From Bigelowiella natans CCMP2755 (lineage: Eukaryota; Protista; Cercozoa), in NCBI GenBank assembly GCA_000320545.1, contig ADNK01002135.1:11385-75384 (forward strand): a stretch of DNA of 64,000 nucleotides. The letters are read 5' to 3'. A program made the position numbers and the translations under genes. Each line of letters opens with the position of its first letter. Position 1 is the stretch's first letter. Below, one piece after another: positions 50,235-64,000 of this stretch. The notes beneath the pieces were generated by a model, which did no database searches, had not been told where the DNA came from, and saw only the letters and a program-made list of their open reading frames with translations.

Positions 50235-51050
50235 ATGTTTATATTTGCATTCGACCTCTCGTGTGCTCTTGGGTCGCAGTCTTGTCAAAGTCAAAGAGAA
50301 TGAGTTTAATATTAGATGGTGGTAGCGGGAGCGCCTGCACCCTAGGAGGGAGCTCGGGAAGAGGCCTGCCATCCGTTTTCCCTGCTCGGGTTGGAGAAGA
50401 AGAAGAAGAAGAAGAAGAAGAAGAAGAAGGGGATACTTGATCTGGAGGGAGTTGAGGAAGAGGCCTCCCTGCCATTTTCCCCGCCTTTGGAGCTACAACT
50501 TCGTGTGTGTTGCGATTGTCATCCCAACCCCTAAACAGAGGATGATTCATGAATGATAAGAAACGTCTCTTCGGGCAAAGCAACGGATAACATTGCTCGT
50601 TGCAGCAGAGAGCCATGTGGTGGTTGTGTCGTGTGCGCAATTCTGCTCATCATATGAGTTGTCCATCATCGCATCACCCGAAGACGGGAGATCATCAACT
50701 TTCATGCCACCGGAGTCACAAAACAACAACGAAGAGGAGCACGTGCTTACGTACATACAACGACGACATTCAAGAATAATAACAACGATGCGAGCGATTG
50801 AAACGTTCCATAAATACCTTTCATTCATCCACGTAACGCATTCGTTGAACTCAGCTAGAATAGGCCCGCCAACCTCGATGGTCATCTCCACTTCTTCATT
50901 TACCTTATGATTCTGCTGCCGTTTCGTAGACTCTAGGTCCACATCGAATTCCACATAGGCTGTGAATTTATACTTGTTCTTCTTGGCTTTAACCTTGTAG
51001 TTATCGTTGAATTTCGGGTCGACTTCGAAGAATTCCAGATTCTTTTCGAG
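48064..51050 (-). CDS. HAD-superfamily phosphatase with N-terminal proline-rich motifs; multi-exon, 5' end uncertain
   Basis: Motif I IKLILFDFDKT, motif II GIATYS, Lys in CFKTEHI, motif IV IVLFDDDKEN. Last exon ends ...KWKCWQEAEE* at 48064. Upstream RPLPQLPP and RPLPELPP. Confidence 0.7.
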
Positions 51051-52275
51051 GGAAGGGGGAATGAAGAGTAAGCGTCGATTAGTGAGAGGAGAGGGTGCAA
51101 ACGGAACAAATATAGAAATAATTAAGCAGGAGAATGAAAAATAAAAGTTTGATTGCTAGTTTTATCGATGGATCTTTCATTGTTGGTGTGCGTGCGTGCG
51201 TGGCGCGTGCGTGTGATAGATCTGAATCTAGTGAATGACATGATTCTCCACTAGATAGCCGTTTTTCTTCTCAATTCTGTAGTCTTCTTCACTTTTCGCT
51301 TTCTATAAAATGAGGAATACAAGAATAAGAATGAGGAAAAGTTCGCTAACAAGAAGAATGCAGTGGATGACACTCAACACATTGCAAAAATGAGATTGAA
51401 AATTAAAAAAGAAACACTTTAAGAGAATAGAGAAAAAGGAATCTATTTTACATCTTTCCACAATTTGAATCTCGGCCACCTATCGACATAGAAGTGTATT
51501 GCACGGTTTTTGGTCTTACTCCCGCCTGCAAAGACGACCATCTGTTGTGCACAAAACGAAGCTAATTTTAGAGGCAATGACAAGACGGAAAAGGTGCTAA
51601 ATTAAATGAGAAATCGAACGGTACATTCTTTTTCCAGTTATTAAGCGTGGCCGTGTCTGGGGGCGTGGAGCTACAGAGGGCATTTGGTCCGAGGCGCAAC
51701 GATGAGTTGGCGGCTGAGCGTGCCTACCATAACAAAAACATACGCATTTGTGACACTACTGCTTCCTAGAACACCAAAATGCCTTCACAGGTGAAATGGA
51801 AAATATTCCGAATCAACTTTACCGCTAGCTGGTTTCTAGATGCATCCTTGATCCTGTTTGAGTAAGCGAAGACTTCGAGCCTCCCGAGGAGAAGAAGCAG
51901 GACAGCTGCTGCCATAGCCATCGTGGTCAGGATTCACCTCGCGAGGAATTCAAAATATTTGAATAGCATGCCGCGAAATAATAGTTTATGCATTTCCGCA
52001 TGGATTTCAACCCCGCGCCATGGCGATCGCACTGTCGGAAAACTTACGCTCTCTGTAATTCTCCTTTTATGTCTGCGACATGAAGAATGGGCATGTCTAA
52101 TGACAAAAATGGGAACCAAACGCAACCCGCTAGGTCGGCAAGCGGTATTGGATTCAATGAATAAATGGAAGCTATTTTGTCCCTGCGACATCAAAATGGA
52201 GCCCACAGCTCAAGCTCTGAAACTACCTGGTGCTTCTCGTCGGCAGCGAGCTGGCTTTGTCCCGTAGATACGAAG

Positions 52276-53150
52276 ATGCCGCCCCCTCGCTCTAAACCGA
52301 ATCAGGCTCGGGTGATTCGAACCACGCAGTGGTGCGCCCCCCTGTTAATCATTCTCCCGTTGTTACTCGCGGGAATGCACATGCCTGTCGCCAGAGCGGT
52401 TGATGAACAGATCTCCCAGGAGGTGCGTGCTCGATCGCTGTCGTCGATCATATCTGCCGGAAAAGGAGGAGGGATAGATGGAGGAAGGAAGGGGGGAGGA
52501 GGGGGAATAACACACAGCTTTCGCGCGTTGAAAAGTTCGAATATTATGCCTACTCAGCATGCTACAAGTTGTTTTGCGTCGAATAATGTCTTCTTGGCAC
52601 ATTAGGAACTTGATTCTGCTGTGTATGGGATGATGGAGAAATTAGATGTCAGCAAGGACAAAATGCTCTCCGCCCGTGAAATTGCGGTATCAACCATCTT
52701 AGACCTGTTATTAGGCGCGTGGTATCTATACTTGAAGTGTTGCGTGTTCACAGGCCTCTGTGTTAAACACTTTAATCGAGGCCTATCCTCTCTCTCCTCT
52801 CTCTCCCCTTGTGTGTTTAAGTCACTTTCTCCATTCGTGTTATTCGAAGGATCAAATACGAGAAGTGGACTGGATGCTCTTGCAGCAAGAAATCTCGGTC
52901 AGTAGTAGTTACACTCCTCCGTAAGAACGGGCGGAATCCTCATCTTCTTGGTCAATGTGTACTACTAACAGAAAGCACAGTTGTTCTCCTTACGGGTGTG
53001 CTGATTTTCACCAAATATATAAATAAACGAATAAATATAACTTCCGTGCTTTGGAACGCGAAGTAGATTTCCAGTCATGCATAATAGTAACCTTTCTTGT
53101 AGGAACTTCAGGATGCGAACAAAAGACTTCTCGACCACTACGGCCTGCCG

Positions 53151-53187
<37 letters not shown>

Positions 53188-55359
53188 TAGTATTAGAAAC
53201 GATATTGTCAATCACATTCGTAGAGAGAAATGAAGGGATATGCTGATGATTCATCCCTTGCACAAAAGCACGGACATCGTCATCGATCCAGTCATCTTCC
53301 TAGAAGCTCTGTTAAACATCCACCCAACATAACCCTAATTATGATGTTGATATCAAGTCGGGTGAACAGACAAGAGTAAGCCTAGAGGACATCATGGTTC
53401 TAATGTCGAAACTGTCAAAGGAGAGTGGAGAACAATCTGGGCTCACCGAGGAAGATGAGATCGGTTGCTTTCGTAGCAAAGAAGCTCACATAATTCATAG
53501 AACTACTTTCCCCGTAGTACATAAATCTCTTACATCCATTATTGACATTTTGGCGGCATTAACGGATCGATATTAATTATCAAAGCGACATGACTAGCCA
53601 CCAATATCATACCCTGAAGACACGTCTGTCGCAAGCGAGAATTTTCTAGCCCCGAACACTATTATGAAAATGTTTCATCTTTAATTGTGATGGGTGACGA
53701 TATTTCCGCCATGTTCATCATGTCGCCTTGTTTTCTTCTCATCGTTCCTTCCACTGTCGGTCTTCCCAATTGCGTATTACTTACTAACCTCCAGTCTCGG
53801 ATTATATGACAGATCTGCAGAATCGGTTCTCCAATGCGGACGAGCACGGTGACCAGGACGGGTATTTATCCGAAGAGGAGTTATTACTGTTCATGGAGCC
53901 AGAAATCTTGTTACGGTTGTTGTCCACCACCTACTAAATGATTAGAATCATGAGTTAATCTTGCTGCTTATGGCATCATCAAGCACGCAGCTTGTGACGA
54001 CACATTTCAATCAAATGATGCTTTGTTTGCTCTGTTGACACTAGATACCATGAGATAGAGGAGTTGGCTGCTTTCGACGCCCTCGATGCAGATGCTGATG
54101 GGGTAGGTACCACACTTCTGTGTATTGAATACGGCTTTCACCTCCTTCTCTCCTTCTTTCACGTACAATATGAGATGGAACGTCAGGGACGATAGAATCA
54201 TCCGAAGACTATACCCTCTCTACCATTATCACCACCATGATATGATCTACTATCTAGGTGGTATCAAAGGAAGAAGTCCATGCATACCTCTCTGATGCCG
54301 AGAACGAAGACGGTGATGAAAGGAGGAGACTTGGCGACAGCGATGATGAGTTGTATGGTGATGATACTGATAGCGAGGAGGAGGGGCATAGTGAATCAAC
54401 CTCTCGCTCTTCAAAGCATCGGCGACGGCAGATAGGTGGAAATGAAGACAACAGCGAAAATGATGACGAGGATGGACAACCCGATATATCTGACGTAAAC
54501 AAGCTTGTTTTCTTCTCTTCTCCCCCCCCTCTTCCTTTCTACTTCGATTTGATATTGAGAGTTAATTTGTTGTGTGGGAGCATGTCGGTGGCACTGTATC
54601 CAGCATAATTGACTTTTTTCTCCGCTTAATTTTCGAATTGATGCCATGCCCATCATCATTCTCCACCAATTCCTCGCCGCTTCCCTTCTCTTTCAAAAAT
54701 GCAGGGAAGCCCATACGAAGATATCGTTGGGGAAGTTCTTCGATCCGAATTCGACGACTTAAATGATGAGGGCTCCAGCAGCTCGGAAGACGATGATGAA
54801 GACGAAGAGGAAGATCTAGATCTCGAGGACCTGGCGGCTTACTCGTCGTCCTCAGCAGCAAGAGGAAGGGGAGAATACGGCGAGAAGGAAGATGAGCCGC
54901 TGAGCGAGAGTGCGATCGAGGCCAGCTTCGCATCGATGGATGCGGATGGTAATGGGGTGATATCAAGGGACGAATTCCTACGATCTTCTGGGGTTGACTG
55001 GGACGTCGATCATGACGGCAAAATATGGGTATTACTTTATGAAATCAGCGAACATTGCATGAGGAGGCGAAAGGGGGAGAAAAGTTCGCAGCTTGTGAAT
55101 AAAAATATTATCCTCACTTTTTCCAACATCACCTTGCTCGCTTTCTTCTCTTTTTCATTCATCTTTACGTCGATCACCCCCACCACACTTGAAGGTGAAG
55201 GAATTGGATACGGATGGCGATGAGCTGCTGAGCGCACGCGAAATTCTGGAGAATAGGAAGCCTGACACCATCTTGGACTTTCTTGCTTCTCTCCACTTCG
55301 ACGAAGAAACTGGAGACTACGATCATGGTGATGGAGCACCAGCGCACGATGAGTTGTGA
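52276..55359 (+). CDS. ER-luminal multi-EF-hand Ca2+-binding protein (CREC/calumenin-reticulocalbin-like), C-terminal HDEL; spliced
   Basis: Signal/TM segment PLLIILPLLLAG. EF-hand loops DVSKDKMLSARE, DQDGYLSEEE, DADADG|VVSKEE, DADGNGVISRDE, DTDGDELLSARE. Final exon reads ...GAPAHDEL* (stop 55357-55359). Confidence 0.88.
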
Positions 55360-55564
55360 TAAGCTTCAACTACAAGAGACATAGCACTGATATCTAAAGA
55401 TATTTAAAGTTATACACTATGGACACAGTATATATTATATATACGTATGTCTATTGTATACATCTTTGTGTCTCTATGCAATGTTATTGCAAAATTTCTA
55501 AGTTGTACTGAACAAACAACTGACGGCCATCATGGACCGCAACGACGACACAAAACGCCTCTCA

Positions 55565-56270
55565 AATGAAGAAAAAAGAGCTCGCACTGCTGCGCGCAAA
55601 GCACGACATGACCGTCCAAATTGCAATGCTTTCTCATGCATGCAGCAACGTACATGTCACAATGGAAACAAATAGACACAACTTGAGCGCTGTAGCCGCT
55701 GCTTTGCAGAGCTGCATTAGGATGATATTGAAAATTTTCAAACATTTCATTGCATCGTCGCGCGATCCGTCTGCTCTCACATATGTGATGTGTGGCGATG
55801 AAGGTCACAATCGATGCTGTGATTTGCGTACACGTGACCGTGCGTGTGTGATGGCACGTGCACACATCTTCGTAGACACGCACGTATACATGCAATGATC
55901 TTGGAAAATTCATGTTTGTCACGTGGACAATGTGATGAGACAGATGCCACATGCATCGCATGTGGCATCCTGAAGGACATGGATCATCTCCTGCAATGTC
56001 CAACACATGGTCAACAACAAATCAGATTGCGCAATCAAATGAGCGCAATCATTGATCGCAACGACGAGACGAACCGGCTGACAAAGGCTGAAAAAGATTC
56101 AAGAACTGTTGCGCGCAATGCGCGCCATCATCGATCGAAAGAGGATGATTTCACATGCATGAAACACATTGTGGCAGAAACTAACAGACACAACATCAGC
56201 GCTGTAGCCGCTGCATTGCACAGCTATATCAGGATGACCATTGAAAAAATTTAATTTGTTCATTACATCC
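55565..56270 (+). mobile_element. Two tandem, diverged 3'-end relics of a non-LTR retrotransposon (LINE), hypermutated
   Basis: The CCHC finger CIACGILKDMDHLLQCPTH is typical of LINE ORF2 C-termini. 55567-55757 and 56088-56268 are homologous (ETNRHNLSAVAAALQSCIRM vs ETNRHNISAVAAALHSYIRM). Confidence 0.65.
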
Positions 56271-56596
56271 GTCTCATACATGCAATGCGTACGAGCAAAT
56301 AATGAAAGTCGCACGATACCTACTATGCACACATGTCAATTGCTATGATGTGGGCGCACACAAGGTGGCGCTACGCGGAGTGCCGAGAGTGCGTGCAGAG
56401 AATAAAAGCAAAATGGGCACTTAAAAATCGAACATCTAGATATACGTACGACGCATGAACGCTTAAGTGAATTACACCTCTGGTGTGATTTTGTTAATAC
56501 TACATCATGTACATGGAGCAAGCATGCTAAGACTTGGATTGGAACAGTGTAAACTTTACATGTCTAATATTATGCTATCTTGCATCCGATCTTATT

Positions 56597-58370
56597 TTAT
56601 ACATTCTCTTTAGGTTCCACCTTCTTCTCTGCGTTTTTTGTTCCCAACTGTATGATCGAGTTCCTTCCGTGCTCTGAAACGTCTAGGCCCATCTCCTCCA
56701 TTTCCTTGTCTACACGTAGCAGCCCAGCCATTTTCAGTGGGAAGAAGACCAGTGCAGACATTGCGGAGGACCAACACATGATGGCGAGCATACCGATGAA
56801 CTGATTGCGGAACTGGTTTCCGGAAAGCATTGCATCGTTATCGTACCCGTAAGTGCGAATGATGTTGCTTCGAGTAGCAAAGATTCCCACGGAGAGTACA
56901 CCCCAGGCACCGCAGGCACCGTGTACAGGGAAAGCATCGAGCGGGTCGTCGATTCCAAGCATTTTGATAAGATTGGAGGCGCCAATGTACACGAGTCCGC
57001 CGATGAGACCAATCATCATAGCAGCCCACGGTTCGGTGACAGAGCATGGCGCGGTAATCGAAACAAGGCCGGCAAGCACGCCGTTGAGGCTAAGGCTTAG
57101 ATTGTAGTGGCCTTGGACGGTTCGAGAGTACACCATACATGTGATTGCACCCATCGCTGCTGCAATCGTTGTGGTCACAGCAACCTTGGCAGCCAAATTA
57201 ATGTAGGTTCCGCCCCCAGCGCCAGCGCCTAGAGTAGATCCGCAGTTGAAGCCGTACCAGCCCATCCAAAGAATGGCCGTACCCAGTGCACACATCAAAT
57301 CGGAGGATCCTTCGAGTCCTTCACTTTTCCCGGTACTCTTGAACCCAGTACGTGGTCCAACAGCAATGGCCCCGATCAGCCCCGCAAAGCCGCCGGTCAT
57401 GTGCACAACACCAGATCCAGCAAAATCAATCATGCCGTTCATCTTGAGATAGCGCTCACCATCATCATCGGAGTAGAAGGCTGACAGCCATCCCATTGGG
57501 GACCATACCCAGTGGACAACCACAGGGTAGATGAAGGTCGTCAAGGCGATCGTGTACACGAAATATGCTTCAAGCCTGCAGCGCTCAGCTACGCAACCGG
57601 AGACGATCGTAGCAGCAGCCCCAGCGAACGTCCATTGGAAGAACCAGTTATGATAGCTGGTGTCGTTTTGAAAGTTTTGCAGTGCCCAGTTTCCTGAACC
57701 GATGAAAGTACTGTCGTTCCCGGGATTGGAAGCTCTGAGTAAATGAACACCAATTAGGGGAAGAACAGATGGCTAATTATAGGGGCTCTGTTGTTTTAGG
57801 ACTCACTTGTTACGGCCGTTTCCATATGCAAAGGAATATCCGAGTAACCAGAAGCACACAGCACCGATCGAGGCATCCATAAGATTCTGTGTAAGTATGT
57901 AATTTAGAATCGAAATGTAGATCGCATCCTAATATTCTTCGATGAACCTTGAATAGGATGTTGTTAGTGTTCTTTCTCCTCAAGGATCCTGCCTCGAGCA
58001 TGGCGAAGCCGGCCTGCATCCCTGGGAGGAATAGATGCAAATGACAACAAAGTCATGAGAACAGAAGCTGGCGCGGAAAGGAACTCATGGATAGGACATA
58101 TTTACGAGTCCAAAAGTCAACATTGCTCTCACACAGCTAGAAGGTAGAAATTAGGGATTAGAAGTTTGTATTACAGAAAACAAGAATTCCGCAGAGTAAG
58201 ATCCACATGATGTCTGTAACTCCAGAAAGAGTTGACAAGTCCGAGTTCTTCGCCAATGCGGAGGCACCACTGACGGCCGTTGAGTTTATTAATCCGCATA
58301 TCTGCGAATCGAAGCTAACACCACCCTCGGACGACGAGGCATAGAAGCACTTGTGAGTGTAGTCGGTCAT
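56597..58370 (-). CDS. AMT1: Ammonium transporter, AMT1 family; 3 introns near 5' end
   Basis: WILLCGILVF|WMQAGFAMLEAG, KNLMDASIG, WFFQWTFAGAAATIVSGCVAER, YPVVVHWVWS, DFAGSGVVHMTGG, LWMGWYGFNCGS, IDDPLDAFPVHG, GLDVSEHG. ATG at 58370. Confidence 0.96.
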
Positions 58371-58578
58371 CACTCGTGAAACGGATGGGTTGTGGGGGAC
58401 TGTTTGGATTGTGAACAAGGCTTTGCGTAGCCGTTCCTTGATGAGCTCTAAGATGAGTTCCGAGCAGCTCCGAGGTACATACAGTAACTCCCATTTAGCT
58501 TTTCGCTTCGAAATGGCTTTGTTTTACATTAGCCGACAGTAAAATCGAGGACATACAGGAATCAGTTTGGCGATTGAC

Positions 58579-58617
58579 GAACAGCTTTTTCCAGCTGAAC
58601 AGCTTTTTCCAGCTTTT
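58579..58617. repeat. Short direct repeat (GAACAGCTTTTTCCAGCT x2) in the AMT1 upstream region
   Basis: gaacagctttttccagct gaacagctttttccagct tttt, about 210 bp upstream of the AMT1 ATG. Confidence 0.7.
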
Positions 58618-59419
58618 TGCTTGTGAACTCAGATGTTCGTGATATAAGAAGCTGTTCGCAAAAAGGCCCAATGTTTTTTCGATTCCGGGGAGAGATATCC
58701 TGGAAATCCTGAGGCCGTTTTCAAGAAATGCAACTGAGGAGCTACGTTTCTGGTAATCATCCCAGATATCGTAGCCTATGATAAGCTCATGAATTTACAT
58801 TCATTACGAGCGTAGAATTGTAACGGCTCAAATGAAAATTTAGCTGTTTCAATTTACCAATTTTTGAATACATAAATCATGTCGCAGTATAGGAACATTA
58901 TGAATTTGGGTATTTAAATGCCGAAGAGTCGTCGGGGATATTCTTTGGCTTCTCTTTTGAACGGTTTCAGTTGTTCCATCTCTAGAGGCTCTCCGAGATC
59001 CTGCAGAGAGTGCCGGAGAACATCGGAATAAAAAGATTACCTATTCATTCCGGTGTTCTCCGGTACTTTGGAAGCAGAGAGAAGACGAGTTTGCCCCATC
59101 TCCCATGCATTCCTTCCTCTTCCAGAATAAATGTGCATAATACTGCTTGATTTTCCAAATACAAGTTGTCTCAGGGAGAAATTCACCGAGGTGGAAACAT
59201 GGAAGCATGAATCTACCTGGGATTTCAAATTAAGCGCAAGCTGCGACTACGAAAACGTGGGAGCAGCGTCTCCGAGAATAGCATAATATTTTGCAAATAT
59301 GTTTGTCGTATTAACGCAAGGCTATCCTTTTTTCGTAACTTGTTTTTTACGCTGTCGGAAGAAACATCTTGAAATTTAACTCGGCTGCCGGAATCTCTTC
59401 CAGCTTCCTACCCATCGAT

Positions 59420-64000
<4,581 letters not shown>

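Overview
Intron-rich eukaryotic nuclear DNA from a photosynthetic protist with a complex plastid. A bipartite signal+transit leader on a bestrophin suggests a chlorarachniophyte-like alga (inference only). About 16 spliced or intronless host genes are present, mostly as head-to-head pairs: FAAL-type adenylation protein, NICE-3-like protein, Yar1-like ankyrin/METTL21-type methyltransferase fusion, WD40 protein, pseudokinase, plastid bestrophin, two large hypothetical genes, YhbS-like GNAT, peroxisomal enoyl-CoA isomerase, SLC35A transporter, secreted TULIP-like protein, 7TM protein, HAD phosphatase, CREC EF-hand protein, AMT1 and a CLU-domain protein. There is also a U1 snRNA gene with an extra hairpin, LINE 3' relics and many microsatellites. 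Two observations stand out. (1) An intact, very young Ty3/Gypsy LTR retrotransposon (38664-44379; identical 326-bp LTRs, ACAC target-site duplication). Its single gag-pol ORF has a shortened DD(27)E integrase and ends in a degenerate DIRS/Dam-like DNA adenine-methyltransferase-fold domain. (2) Discrete patches downstream of gene 3' ends where TpA is almost absent except inside CTAG, with TA->TG/CA (Tyr->Cys/His, Ile->Met) changes in transposon relics. This looks like a regional A-to-G hypermutation running opposite to fungal RIP, and the retrotransposon sits inside one such patch. Exon boundaries were read by eye and are approximate.
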